Shown here: positions 1 through 10,344 of the stretch, one piece after another
Position numbering within the stretch: the first letter of the stretch is position 1
How the letters are laid out: each line of letters starts with the position of its first letter
NCBI GenBank assembly: GCA_050951805.1
Contig: JBMNJT010000002.1
Span: forward strand, 224,001 to 288,000
DNA from: Bacillota bacterium
GTDB taxonomy: Bacteria > Bacillota > DTU025
Length of the DNA stretch: 64,000 nt
Reading direction: 5' to 3'
Made by a program: the position numbers and the translations under genes
Notes under the pieces: generated by a model
Told to the model about the DNA's origin: nothing
Seen by the model: the letters and a program-made list of their open reading frames with translations, nothing else
Databases searched by the model: none

Positions 1-20
1 TTCCACTTTTTCTCGGTCAT
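1..20 (-). CDS. 5' end of a gene running off the left edge (MTEKKW...)
   Basis: Minus strand GGAGGTG-tcatc-ATG ACC GAG AAA AAG TGG; only 6 complete codons visible. Confidence 0.55.
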
Positions 21-186
21 GATGACACCTCCACTACTTATAATAACATAAAGCCACTCGAAGGAGGTTATGGCCACCAGAATGGGAACAAAATGAATAC
101 CGCTCGACAATTCTATTATGGTAGGATGTTCTTGAAGTAGCCATTCATTGGCAGTTCCAATCTGGCGCGAGGAGGCACAAAATACC

Positions 187-837
187 ATGTTCAAGGCCAG
201 GTATCTACCTTTACTGCTTTTAGCGCTCATATTCATAATGTCGATCTTTGTGTACAGGGTGCTCCCCGATAGAGTCCCAATGCACATGAACTGGAAGGGC
301 GAGATTGACCGTTACGGGTCGAAGGCGGAAGGGGCCTTTTTCTTTCCCGTCGTTATACTCATTGTTCATCTGATAATGTCGTTGGTCTTCAGGGCCTACA
401 TAAACAGTATCGATGCGGACGCCCGTAGCGTTGCCGCGGATAGACTTGGCATCTTCAAAAGCCTTTTGATTCTGCTTTTTGCGGCCATGTATGCAGACTT
501 CGTAATGGTCGCCTTGGGCAGGCCGTCCAGTATGTACGAGTTTCTTGGCATCCCTGTTGCACTGCTTTTCTATTACACAGGCGTTCTGATGAAGGATACG
601 CCCAGAAATGGGATAATGGGGGTAAGGACGAAGTGGTCGATGGCGGATGATGAAGTATGGGTGAAGACTCACCACATGGCGTCGACGGTGTACCGTGTGA
701 GCGCTCTGTTCCCACTGCTCTCCCTGGCATGGCCGAACCTCTTTTGGTTGTGGCTTGCGGTTCCATTGATCCTGGCTCCCACCGTGATGATATTTGCATC
801 GAGGCGTTACTATATGGAGCTGGTCGGAAGGAAATGA
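187..837 (+). CDS. SdpI/YhfL-like membrane immunity protein (DUF1648 + SdpI domains)
   Basis: LPDRVPMHMNWKGEIDRYGSK (DUF1648-like) and PRNGIMGVRTKWSMADDEVWVKTH (SdpI-like); about 6 TM segments; GAGGAGG upstream of ATG 187. Confidence 0.85.
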   Translation: MFKARYLPLLLLALIFIMSIFVYRVLPDRVPMHMNWKGEIDRYGSKAEGAFFFPVVILIVHLIMSLVFRAYINSIDADARSVAADRLGIFKSLLILLFAAMYADFVMVALGRPSSMYEFLGIPVALLFYYTGVLMKDTPRNGIMGVRTKWSMADDEVWVKTHHMASTVYRVSALFPLLSLAWPNLFWLWLAVPLILAPTVMIFASRRYYMELVGRK

Positions 838-938
838 TCGAACAGTTGCAAAATGGCGGCGGAATCGCGGAAGCCTTGCGGGCTGCAGTTGACTCATGCC
901 GGATTTGACCTGAAAACCAGGTAATTGCGAGAATCTTC

Positions 939-1472
939 ATGAGAAGAGGACATCGGGTTGCAGGGATTGCGATTGTTATTGCCATGTCCGCTATATTAAC
1001 TATTTTGGCCGATGGCGCCATACAGCTGACCATAAACGGGCGGGCCCCTTGAGGCCGATAATGTCCCAGAGTTGACAATGGCAAGGTGGTGGTGCTGTTG
1101 CAGAGGCGCTTGGGGATTTGCGGGCCCAAAACATCGTCGCTTGAGCGGCATATCAGACTTTTGGAGGAAGCGATATCGCCATCTACTCCCAGGGAGGCCG
1201 TGGAGAAGTGGGCCGAGACGCGCAATTGGGCGCTCCAGTATGCGGTGATCTATCCTGAATTGCGAGAGGTCGCAAGATGTTTGGTGGTATTCGACTCTTC
1301 AACATCTACAGGACCTACCGTGGCCAGAATATCTGTTGAAAGAGACAAGAATCGAGCCAGGCTCTCGCGGCATATGTCGGAGGAGAGGTGGCATGTGGTA
1401 AAGACTTCCGTAAAGCCGGAGTCAGACTGCCAGTTGAAGCGATTGGTCAAGGACTTGATTGAGGAGAAGTAA
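939..1472 (+). pseudogene. Degraded copper-amine-oxidase N-terminal (stalk) domain secreted protein
   Basis: Signal-like MRRGHRVAGIAIVIAM...IQLTINGR, then stop/frameshifts, then VDNGKVVVLL and TPREAVEKWAE.RNWALQYAVIYPELR, which resembles a Firmicutes stalk-protein C-terminal motif. Confidence 0.5.
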
Positions 1473-1505
1473 GATCTTCATTTTCGACGATTAGCCATGA
1501 AATCA

Positions 1506-1542
1506 GCAGGAAGCAGGCATCATCTCGCTGCCTGCTTCCTGC
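1506..1542. terminator. 14-bp stem hairpin between convergent genes
   Basis: GCAGGAAGCAGGCA-9 nt-TGCCTGCTTCCTGC; no clear U-tract. Confidence 0.55.
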
Positions 1543-1685
1543 GGGAAATACTCTTGCTTGTCATCAATGGGAGTTGCCGACCGAAAGCTCCTCGCCCAGC
1601 TGAGCTTTGAAGGCCTCAATATAGATTCCAACAGCCACTATAGACATGCCGCCTTCACTGGAAGGGTCAGGCGCCCCGCTGATTT

Positions 1686-3092
1686 CTATTCATCCACAAC
1701 CAAAGCCTCGTAGAGCACGCGCCCTGTTGCGTTTGCCGGCTGTCTGAGCCCCATCAGCCTCGACATAGTTGGCGCTGCGTCGATGATCTGCACTGGCGAA
1801 TCGATGACGACTCCCTGCTTCACACCGGCTCCGCTTATGAGCATGAATACATGCCGGGAAGATTCTTCGCCCGAGTCATGTTGCCCCCCAAGGCCGATTA
1901 GTTTTCCGGAAGTGTGGAAATGGTTGGGCGGCTCAGGCCAAATCATGAGAGATCCGAGGGACGGATGGGCTCCTTCTTTCTTCAGGTCATCTGCCGTGAA
2001 ATAGCCGCCTACATACGGCTTTGAAGCCAATGTATCTATAAGAGCCTTGTACTGGGCGTCAGAGATCGCGTTTCTGAAATAGAACTGTACCGAAAGGCCG
2101 GCGCTTACCAGCACTATGTCCGTGTTCTTGCTGGCACGCTCGTTCTTGCCCAAGAACTCGCACTTGTAGCCGAGACTTTCCACGGTCTTTATGAGATCTT
2201 GGAGGCTCGATGGTCCCCAGTAGGGAGTCATGCCGTGGTCTGCTGTGAGGATGATCGCTGTCTCCTCGAATATTCCTAGTTTTTTGAGGGCGTCGATCAG
2301 GTTCCCCAGCCCCTCATCCATGTCGATCATGACTTTGGTCATCTTTGCCTTCCACGAATCATAATCTCGCGCCACTGAAAACCCGTAGCCAGGCGAAGCG
2401 TTGTGCCCTGCAGCGTCGAGGTCATCGGCGTAGATCGCCATGAAGGTGGGCCTTTCGGCGGGGGTTATCATCTTTCCATTCATCCCGAACACAGGTTTCA
2501 AATTGAGAATCTTCTCCGCTTCTGCCACGCGCTTCAACCATCCCGCGCCAGGCTGGATATACAGATGGTAGGGATCGTCAGTATAGGTTCCCCGCTCCTG
2601 CAACATGAATTGCTGCACAGATGCGCACGGTAATCCGCTCTTCTCCACGACCTCGGCAATGGTCTCAGCGTCATTGTGACGGCCGGTCTCCTTAACGAGG
2701 TTTTCCACAGGGTCGTAGTAACGGTATGTATTCCCGTGCACAGCGGGCCATGTGCCAGTGACTATGCTCGTTTGCATGGGGTTGGTAATGCCGGGAATAC
2801 CGTTTCGGGCATTGGTGAAGAGTGCTCCTCGCGAAGCAAGATAATTCAGGTTGGGAGTGCCCGGTTGGCCGGGTGAATTAGCCCATTCATAATACCTGTA
2901 AGCACAGGCATCCCAGTTGATGTAGATGACGTACTTGGCCAGAGCGTTCTGACCAAGGGCATCTTGCCCGGCTGCGCTGTCTGCACCGGGCTTTTCGCTA
3001 TTTGCCCAGGTTGTTGAGACCAGTGTCAATGCCAAAACAACAATGATAATGCTGCATAAAACTGTGCCGATTGTTGCCATCCCCTTTTTCAT
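1686..3092 (-). CDS. Secreted alkaline-phosphatase-superfamily nucleotide pyrophosphatase/phosphodiesterase
   Basis: Signal peptide; YINWD, Thr nucleophile region GITNPMQTSIVTG, DLDAAGH, TADHG, GQHD, IIDAAPT. Confidence 0.8.
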   Translation of the reverse strand: MKKGMATIGTVLCSIIIVVLALTLVSTTWANSEKPGADSAAGQDALGQNALAKYVIYINWDACAYRYYEWANSPGQPGTPNLNYLASRGALFTNARNGIPGITNPMQTSIVTGTWPAVHGNTYRYYDPVENLVKETGRHNDAETIAEVVEKSGLPCASVQQFMLQERGTYTDDPYHLYIQPGAGWLKRVAEAEKILNLKPVFGMNGKMITPAERPTFMAIYADDLDAAGHNASPGYGFSVARDYDSWKAKMTKVMIDMDEGLGNLIDALKKLGIFEETAIILTADHGMTPYWGPSSLQDLIKTVESLGYKCEFLGKNERASKNTDIVLVSAGLSVQFYFRNAISDAQYKALIDTLASKPYVGGYFTADDLKKEGAHPSLGSLMIWPEPPNHFHTSGKLIGLGGQHDSGEESSRHVFMLISGAGVKQGVVIDSPVQIIDAAPTMSRLMGLRQPANATGRVLYEALVVDE

Positions 3093-3239
3093 GCCATCCG
3101 GCGCTCATCGACGTATCCTTGTGGAAACGTGGGGGAGAGCGCCTTCCCTCCTTACTCTGCTAGAATTATGCTCTGCGCACAGAGGGTGCGCCAGGAATGC
3201 TCACTGTGCCCCGGACGGCTTTGGTCCGGCGGCTACTGG

Positions 3240-4352
3240 TCATCCGACATCTTCGAATACGCGACTCCAGTAGAATTTGTCGAACACGAGCCCGGCGAGG
3301 CCCAGTGCAATTCCCATATCGCCAAGCTGTGAAGGGACTAACCGCACGTTCTTGCGCGGGGTCAATACCATGCGATCTCGAACTACCGTTTCCACCTGTG
3401 ATACAAACTGAGGTTCTTGGCCTATATCTCCCCCAAGCACCACCAGTTCCGGATCGAGCAGGTTCATCAGATTCACAATGCCGATTGCGGCGCAATCCAC
3501 GATAGAATCGCTTTCGTTGTTTCGCCTCACCTCGTCAATGGCTGGGTATGTAAGCGTCACCAGACAGCCTCTGTTCCCACAAGAGCATTGCTTCCCATGG
3601 ATGTCCACGGTCATGTGCCCAATCTCGCCAGCCTGCATTCGCGCGCCAGCGTAAGGTTTGCCTCCCAAGATCAGCCCTGCCCCCAGCCCGCCCTCGCAAA
3701 CCATGACGTATACGAAATCGTCAGCGCTTCGGGCGAGGCCATACGAGCGTTCTCCCCACGCTGCGGCACGCACATCCCTTTCCACATAAGAAGGCAATGA
3801 GAACTCTTGCTGCAAGCGGGCCGCTAGAGGTAGCTCTTTCAGACGAAGGCGGGTCGACTTGATAACGGTGCCGGTCGTTGTGTCAACTATGCCAGGAATG
3901 GACACGCCTATTCCTGCCGCCTGTCCGCCAGACCGTGGCAGCCTGGCAAGGGTTTTCGCTACTATCTGAAAGATCTGGTGGTAGGTGTCTTCCGGACTTG
4001 TCAGGTCGAGCTTGTCCCTTGCAGTCCAGACTGGGTTGCCCGCTAGATCTATCACGCCGTAGAGCACGCGGGATACCTGAACATCGATTATGGCGGCACA
4101 GCTTGCTGAGGCGTCGAGGTCGAGCATAATGGGACGGCGTCCGCCGCTGCTGGCAGCAGTGCCCTTTTGCTCTCGCACAATGCCGGATTCCACCAGTTCT
4201 GCTACTATGCTAGACACCGTTGATGGGCTGAGCATGGTTAGCCTGGCAATATCGGCACGCGACAGAGTCCCATATTTCCTAATGCAATCGATGACTACAT
4301 CTCTATTGAGCTTCTTGGCGAGCGCGGAATCAGCAGTGCGTTTGAGTTTCAT
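3240..4352 (-). CDS. ROK family transcriptional regulator (XylR/NagC-like)
   Basis: N-terminal wHTH (SRADIARLTMLSPSTVSSIVAEL), GGRRP, GEIGHM...CSCGNRGCL zinc motif. Confidence 0.92.
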   Translation of the reverse strand: MKLKRTADSALAKKLNRDVVIDCIRKYGTLSRADIARLTMLSPSTVSSIVAELVESGIVREQKGTAASSGGRRPIMLDLDASASCAAIIDVQVSRVLYGVIDLAGNPVWTARDKLDLTSPEDTYHQIFQIVAKTLARLPRSGGQAAGIGVSIPGIVDTTTGTVIKSTRLRLKELPLAARLQQEFSLPSYVERDVRAAAWGERSYGLARSADDFVYVMVCEGGLGAGLILGGKPYAGARMQAGEIGHMTVDIHGKQCSCGNRGCLVTLTYPAIDEVRRNNESDSIVDCAAIGIVNLMNLLDPELVVLGGDIGQEPQFVSQVETVVRDRMVLTPRKNVRLVPSQLGDMGIALGLAGLVFDKFYWSRVFEDVG

Positions 4353-4593
4353 ATGTGCTTACCTCTCAGCGTGTAGTCAGGTTGCGCTATCGAACTGGCA
4401 CAAACGGCGCGAATGACGATTGCGCCAGTGGCGTGATTTTTAGAGTGGCGAATAAATTCGCCATGCAACTAAACGGCTTCGAATGAAATGCCTTTACATT
4501 ATCATATGGTACGTTTAGTGACAATGCAAGATTAAGATGACGCCAGAGACAGATCTGGTCTGAACTGGCCATTTAACGTGAACTTGACAATCG

Positions 4594-4622
4594 TTGACTC
4601 TGCTGAGGCCAGGTGGTATATT
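4594..4622 (+). promoter_or_regulatory. sigma70/sigmaA promoter for the sugar operon
   Basis: TTGACT-17 bp-TATATT with extended -10 TG. Confidence 0.6.
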
Positions 4623-4794
4623 AATAGTACATTGGCATGGCAGAAGCGCCAGTACATTCGACTCTCGCAGAAACTATCGGATTACGCTGGAGACGTACGA
4701 CCCTGCATTCCCGCGATGGGAATCGGCCGGGAAAACTCCCGGTGACTCTACGACATCCATATGGGTGTTACAAGATCTAAAGGAGGGTGCAGTC

Positions 4795-5661
4795 ATGTCT
4801 AACAAGAAGACAGGAACGATTGTCGCAACCGCCGCTTTGGCCGCGATCATGCTGCTGGCAAGCATAGGCGTTTCGGCGTCAGCGGCCGACATCTTCGCCG
4901 GATGGAGCGAGCCCATGCTCTGGGAGCATTCCGGTGGCGACACAGAGAGGATGCCATATTTGGCGGGCAACGATCTTTACTTTGCAAAGGATTACGACAT
5001 CTACTGGTCGACCTTTGACGAAACCACAGGCAAGTGGTCCGAGCCGGAGCCGGTCCCGGGACCGATCAACACCGCAGCCAACGAAGCCTGTCCCTGCGTA
5101 GTTGGAAACGGAAAGGTCCTCTATTTTTCGCGTTATGACCCCATCACGGATTACGATTTCTATCGTTCAGAATGGGACGAGGAAAAAGCCGAATGGGGCG
5201 AGCCCGAGCTTATCGAAGAACTGAGCACCGACGGACAGGACTGGGCGATACACGTAAACGAAGATGAGACGATAGCGTATGTGATATCGAAGATACCTTA
5301 CGACGAGGCAACCGTTGTGGGCGGCCGCGACATCTGGAAATCCGTCAAAGTCGACGGTGTGTGGCAGACCCCGGTCAACCTTGGAGAGCCGCTCAACAGC
5401 AACGGTGAGGAATGGAGCATCTTCGTCGATTACATGGGCCGTTTTTGGATAGATGGCAACCGCGCGGACTCCCTCGGCAACTTCGATATATATGTAGCCG
5501 AGAACGAGAAAGCGACTCCGATCAATCTTGGCGCGCCAATCAACACTGACGTGGCGGAGCGCGAACCCACAATAAACGAGAAATTCTTCTTCTTCGCTGC
5601 CAACAAGAGAGAGGGAGGCCATGGTGGCTGGGATCTTTGGTACATGGTGAGGCTGCCATAG
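4795..5661 (+). CDS. Secreted PD40/WD40-like beta-propeller protein
   Basis: AAGGAGG RBS; signal peptide; repeats WSEPEPVPGPINT, WQTPVNLGEPLNS, PINLGAPINT and GGRDIW, GNFDIY, GGWDLW. Confidence 0.75.
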   Translation: MSNKKTGTIVATAALAAIMLLASIGVSASAADIFAGWSEPMLWEHSGGDTERMPYLAGNDLYFAKDYDIYWSTFDETTGKWSEPEPVPGPINTAANEACPCVVGNGKVLYFSRYDPITDYDFYRSEWDEEKAEWGEPELIEELSTDGQDWAIHVNEDETIAYVISKIPYDEATVVGGRDIWKSVKVDGVWQTPVNLGEPLNSNGEEWSIFVDYMGRFWIDGNRADSLGNFDIYVAENEKATPINLGAPINTDVAEREPTINEKFFFFAANKREGGHGGWDLWYMVRLP

Positions 5662-5808
5662 GCTTTTCGTCTGCTCAAATTGCAGCGATCACAATGTCAA
5701 TTGGTTAGGCTCGACGTGAAGGCAGCTTGAGGTTGGCATCGTAGCGCGAAGGCGGCGGCCTTGGAAATCGACCTAATACAGACATGGATTGTCAAGGAGG
5801 GCTATTGG

Positions 5809-6840
5809 GTGCATACCGTGGCTATCTGGGGAGCCGGCACCATGGGCCGGGTCCATGCAAAGCGTTATGCCATGACTGGCGAAGCTCAACTGAAATACAT
5901 AATAGACAACGATCTTGAGAAAGCGACCCGGCTTGCACAACCTTTTGATGCCGTTGCAACGGTCGATCCAGGCCCCGCTGTTCGCGATCCGCAAGTGGAC
6001 GTGATCGATGTCTGCCTTCCCACTTATCTTCACAGAGAATCAGTGGAGCTTGCCGCAGGCCATGGCAAGCACGTATTCTGCGAGAAACCTATAGCACTTA
6101 CACTAGATGACGCAAATGCCATGATTTCAACGTGCAAGTCCAATGGCGTGAAACTCGGGATAGCGCATGTAGTCCGCTATTTCCCGGAATATGAAATGGC
6201 GCGCGACATGATAGCCTCTGGCAGGCTGGGGCGCGTGGGCGTTGTGCGGCTTTCCCGCACAGGTCCGTTCCCGGGTGGATGGAACGATTGGTACGCCGAC
6301 CCCCAGCTTAGCAAGGGGCTTTTTGTAGATCTATCGATACATGATTTCGACTTTCTGAACTGGTGTTTTGGCCCTGTGGAACGAATCTGTGCGCGTAAGG
6401 TCGCAACGAGTAGGCCCCTGGAGTATGGCCTTGCAACTCTACGAATGGAATCGGGCGTCATCGCTCACGTAGAGGGCAGTTGGGCACATCCAAGGCCGTT
6501 TTCCTACAAGTTCGAGATATCTGGAAGCGAAGGCATGATAGAGTGCGACAGCGCAAAGACCAAGCCCCTAACGTTGCTCACTCTTGCACAGCCTTCCTCC
6601 GATTGCTCAAAGAATGAAAAGGCGAGAGAGGGAGGCCCCGAGGCGGGTTTGGGAGTTGCAACTTCCGAGAGTCCCCTGAGGGAGAGGGACCCGTATCTTC
6701 GAGAAATTCAGGATTTCCTGGCGTACGTTCGAGGCGAGCGGTTGCCCCGGGTTCTTCCTGAGGACGCTGTGGCGGCGTTAGAAGTCAGCCTGGCGGCGAC
6801 CCGCTCGGCGGATCTGGGAGAGGCGGTGAAGGTAAGGTGA
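5809..6840 (+). CDS. Gfo/Idh/MocA family oxidoreductase
   Basis: GAGTMG Rossmann motif, HVFCEKPIA, DLSIHDFD; GTG start after AAGGAGG. Confidence 0.92.
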   Translation: MHTVAIWGAGTMGRVHAKRYAMTGEAQLKYIIDNDLEKATRLAQPFDAVATVDPGPAVRDPQVDVIDVCLPTYLHRESVELAAGHGKHVFCEKPIALTLDDANAMISTCKSNGVKLGIAHVVRYFPEYEMARDMIASGRLGRVGVVRLSRTGPFPGGWNDWYADPQLSKGLFVDLSIHDFDFLNWCFGPVERICARKVATSRPLEYGLATLRMESGVIAHVEGSWAHPRPFSYKFEISGSEGMIECDSAKTKPLTLLTLAQPSSDCSKNEKAREGGPEAGLGVATSESPLRERDPYLREIQDFLAYVRGERLPRVLPEDAVAALEVSLAATRSADLGEAVKVR

Positions 6841-7850
6841 CGGATGGTGCGGAGAAGAAGCTCCGCGTTGGAGTAATGAGCTTTGCGCACATGCATGCCT
6901 ACAGCTATGCCCGGGCTGTCTGCTCATTGCCCGATGCCCAGCTGGTTGGGGTTGCGGACGATGACGAGGCGAGAGGCAAAGCAGCAGCCGAGCAATACGG
7001 CATTGACTATTTCAACGACATTGAGCAGCTGTTGGATTCGGGGGTTGACGCTGTCATCGTCTGTTCCGAAAATGCTCGCCACAGAGACCACGTGGTTGCT
7101 GCGGCGAGAGCAGGCGCGCATGTACTGTGTGAAAAGCCTATTGCTGCCGATGTCTGCGACGGGGCCGAGATGATTGAGGCCTGTAGAGCCGCAGGGGTTG
7201 TGCTGGCCACTGCCTTTCCCGTCCGTCACGTGCCTGCGGTTGCGCGAACGAAACAGCTTGTGGAGGAGGGGAAGATCGGTAAGGTGTTGGCCGTCAAGGC
7301 CACAAACCACGGGCGCATGCCGGGAGGGTGGTTCATCGAGCCTGACCTTTCGGGCGGGGGCGCTGTGATCGACCATACGGTTCACGTTGCGGATCTGCTT
7401 CGGTGGATCCTCAATGACGAGTTCAAGTCGGTTTATGCGGAGATAGACACCAGGTTCTACGATTTTGACATCGATGATTGCGGCACACTCTGTCTAGAGA
7501 TGGAAAATGGCGTGTTTGCTACTTTGGACCCGAGCTGGTCGAGACCGCGAACCTATCCAACCTGGGGCGATGTTACGATGGAGATCATCGGGACTGACGG
7601 GGTTATCTCGCTGAATGCATTCGCCCAATGCTTGGTCGAGGCCAGCGATTCTCAAGGAGCCGTTGTATACAGGGGGTGGGGCGACAATTCCGATCTTGCC
7701 CTCGTTGCGGACTTCGTCTCCGCGGCACGCGAGGGACGTAGGCCCGCTGCCGACGGCGTGGACGGCCTCAGGGCGTTGGAAGTTGCTCTGGCAGCATACG
7801 AGTCTTCCAGGCTCGGGGAGGTTGTCGCACTCGATAAGTTGGATTGCTAG
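6837..7850 (+). CDS. Gfo/Idh/MocA family oxidoreductase (SFAHxH subtype)
   Basis: GVMSFAHMH, HVLCEKPIA, GGGAVIDHTVHVAD; GTGA overlap with the previous gene. Confidence 0.92.
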   Translation: MTDGAEKKLRVGVMSFAHMHAYSYARAVCSLPDAQLVGVADDDEARGKAAAEQYGIDYFNDIEQLLDSGVDAVIVCSENARHRDHVVAAARAGAHVLCEKPIAADVCDGAEMIEACRAAGVVLATAFPVRHVPAVARTKQLVEEGKIGKVLAVKATNHGRMPGGWFIEPDLSGGGAVIDHTVHVADLLRWILNDEFKSVYAEIDTRFYDFDIDDCGTLCLEMENGVFATLDPSWSRPRTYPTWGDVTMEIIGTDGVISLNAFAQCLVEASDSQGAVVYRGWGDNSDLALVADFVSAAREGRRPAADGVDGLRALEVALAAYESSRLGEVVALDKLDC

Positions 7851-7929
7851 ACCGTGATTTGGGTATCAGTCAATTGAATTATGCGGCCGCGTCTGAGGCG
7901 CGGTCAGCAAATCCTAGGAGGCAAGAACC

Positions 7930-9198
7930 ATGACCAAAAACATGAGCAGGTACGGTGCGTTGTTGCTCGCAGTCGTGCTTCTCGTAGGACTCTCCTGCAA
8001 CGTAGCGGCGCAGAAGAAGGTCACGATCGTGCACTGGCAGCATCACTCTCCTGCGCGGCTCGAACTGGTCCAGACCTTCGCAGAGGAGTTCATGAAGCAG
8101 AACCCTAACGTCAAGATAGAGATCGAATCGGTACCTGAAAGCGACTACTTCCAGAAGCTTCTTCCGGCGCTTGCCGCAGGATCAGGTCCCGACACGTTCC
8201 AGATTCCCACAGGCCAGGTGCCAGCGTATGCCGCCTCAGGCGTCATTCAGCAGATTGACCCGAGAGTGGCCACCGCCCGGCAGATTGAGAACGATTTTAT
8301 CGCGCCGGCAATCAAGAGGCTTAAGTATGATGGGAAATACTACGGTTTTCCCGTTGACACGCAGACGATAGTCTTGTTCTACAACCCGAAGCTCTTCAAA
8401 GAAGCTGGGCTTGACCCCGCAAGACCTCCGCAGACATGGGACGAGTTGATAAAGTATGCGCAGGCAATTCACAAGCGGGATGTCAAGGGCGTTACAACGC
8501 AAATGGGCGTTGCTACAGGCGGATATGGCCCCGTGTTGGTCTCTCTCATGATTCAAAATGGAGCTCCGCTTTGGGATAACAAGACGCAGCTCCCCGATTT
8601 CAACTCTCCACAAGCCATAGAAGCGCTGAAGTTTGCGACGGACATGGTGACTACGTACAAAGTTGAGGATCCCCAGTTTGGCCAGAGATACAATGCGTTC
8701 CGACAGGACAAGTTGGGAATGGTGTTCGGACACCCAGCCATGATAGGCAGTTTCAGGACCACGGCGCCCAATCTTGACTTTTTGGTGGCTGAGGTCCCTG
8801 CACCGAAGGCTGGCGGATCCCGCTCCACGCTGCTCACTTCGTGGGCTTATGTGGTGTCAAGCAAGGCGGAGTCGGAAATCTGCTCCAAGTGGGTGGCATA
8901 CCTGACTTCGGCAGATGCGCAGAAACGTTGGACGTTGACCACTGGCGAGCTGCCTTCGAGGAGAGCTCTGCTCGACCTGCCGGAATACAAGAGCGACAAG
9001 CTGTTGGCTCCTTGTATGGAATCGATGAAGAAATCAGTGCCCGCGCCATGGACTACCAGGAGTCTCGATGATGAGCTGGTAAGGAAGGCCTATCAGATGG
9101 TGACGCTGAAGGGCGAGAGTCCTGCAGCTGCCCTGAAGTGGCTAACGCAAGAGGGCATAAAGGCTGAAAAGGAGCAACAGGAACTGGCAAAGCCATAG
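7930..9198 (+). CDS. Sugar ABC transporter substrate-binding protein
   Basis: Signal peptide; AAGSGPD, YDGKYYGFP, LFYNPKLFKEAGLDP.RPPQTWDEL. Confidence 0.92.
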   Translation: MTKNMSRYGALLLAVVLLVGLSCNVAAQKKVTIVHWQHHSPARLELVQTFAEEFMKQNPNVKIEIESVPESDYFQKLLPALAAGSGPDTFQIPTGQVPAYAASGVIQQIDPRVATARQIENDFIAPAIKRLKYDGKYYGFPVDTQTIVLFYNPKLFKEAGLDPARPPQTWDELIKYAQAIHKRDVKGVTTQMGVATGGYGPVLVSLMIQNGAPLWDNKTQLPDFNSPQAIEALKFATDMVTTYKVEDPQFGQRYNAFRQDKLGMVFGHPAMIGSFRTTAPNLDFLVAEVPAPKAGGSRSTLLTSWAYVVSSKAESEICSKWVAYLTSADAQKRWTLTTGELPSRRALLDLPEYKSDKLLAPCMESMKKSVPAPWTTRSLDDELVRKAYQMVTLKGESPAAALKWLTQEGIKAEKEQQELAKP

Positions 9199-9316
9199 TA
9201 AGCTGCGGACCGGGATGTATTGCACAACTTCATCTCTATGTGGGACTGTCCCCACGTGGGTGAGAGCGCACATCCGGTTGTGATTCTGTAGAGGTTGTGG
9301 CACATGGAATTCGCGC

Positions 9317-9359
9317 AGATGTGCGGGGCCGGGTGTTGGCATCCTGGTCCCGCACATCT
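9317..9359 (+). other. Long intercistronic hairpin after the SBP gene
   Basis: AGATGTGCGGG...CCCGCACATCT, 11-bp perfect stem extended by G-U pairs. Confidence 0.55.
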
Positions 9360-9411
9360 CGCATCCAGATGTCCGGTCCCAGCTCGGCTTGGATAAGGAG
9401 GTTGATGCGCC

Positions 9412-10344
9412 GTGAGCGCAGAGGCGACAACAATTCCACCACGAAACGGCAATGAGCGCAAGTACAAGTGGTATCGCTTTCAAAAGGCCAGCGCCCCGTA
9501 TATCTTCATACTGCCTGGGGTAGTGTTTTACCTCATGGTCACGATTGTGCCGATGATAACGGGGTTCTGGATGAGTTTCCACAATTGGAACATTATCCGT
9601 CCGACACAGCCTTGGGTGGGTCTTGCCAATTACCGCAAACTCTTTGCAGACCCGCTGTTTTGGACGGCCATGAAGAACACGCTTACATATTCGATAGGCG
9701 TGGTTCCCTTGCAGATGATCCTGGCGCTGCTTGTTGCGCTCCTGTTAAACACCGGGATTAAGGGGAAGAAGTTTTTCAGGCTTCTGTACTATCTGCCTGT
9801 GATTACTCCGCTATCGATTGCGGCGGTTATCTGGACCTGGATATACCATCCCAATCTCGGCATATTCAACCAGATAGTCAAGTTTATCGGGCTGGCGCCC
9901 CAGGATTGGTTGGGCGATCCGGCTTGGGCGATGTTCTCGGTGATTCTCGTCGCCATATGGTCGGGAATCGGGTATCGCATGGTTGTGTACCTCGCGGCCT
10001 TGCAGGGCATACCTCGGAGTTACTACGAGGCAGCAGAGATAGACGGGGCAGGGAATTGGGACGCTTTCAGATACATCACGCTTCCGTTGCTCAAGCCCAC
10101 TACCCTGTATATCTTGGTCACAAGCGTAATCAGTTCGTTCCAGGTGTTCGGACTTGTGAACGTGCTGACCGGAGGCGGCCCGCTTGATGCGACGCAAGTT
10201 GTTGTGTCGTACATATTCAAGAGGGCTTTTGGTGACCTCCAATTCGGACTTGCGGCGGCGATGTCGTTTGTTCTGTTCGGAATAATCCTCGTAATCACGC
10301 TGATACAGTGGAAGTTTCTTGGAAAGGAGGTCACGTACGAATGA
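9412..10344 (+). CDS. Carbohydrate ABC transporter permease
   Basis: EAA motif YYEAAEIDGA...FRYITLPLLKP; WVGLANY. Confidence 0.93.
   Translation: MSAEATTIPPRNGNERKYKWYRFQKASAPYIFILPGVVFYLMVTIVPMITGFWMSFHNWNIIRPTQPWVGLANYRKLFADPLFWTAMKNTLTYSIGVVPLQMILALLVALLLNTGIKGKKFFRLLYYLPVITPLSIAAVIWTWIYHPNLGIFNQIVKFIGLAPQDWLGDPAWAMFSVILVAIWSGIGYRMVVYLAALQGIPRSYYEAAEIDGAGNWDAFRYITLPLLKPTTLYILVTSVISSFQVFGLVNVLTGGGPLDATQVVVSYIFKRAFGDLQFGLAAAMSFVLFGIILVITLIQWKFLGKEVTYE

Noticed and set aside
4397-4650. sigma54-like GG-N10-GC matches (TGGCACAAACGGCGC, TGGCATGGCAGAAGC) in the ROK divergent region
   Set aside because: The -12 element lacks TTGC, and a good sigmaA promoter plus a ROK repressor already explain the region
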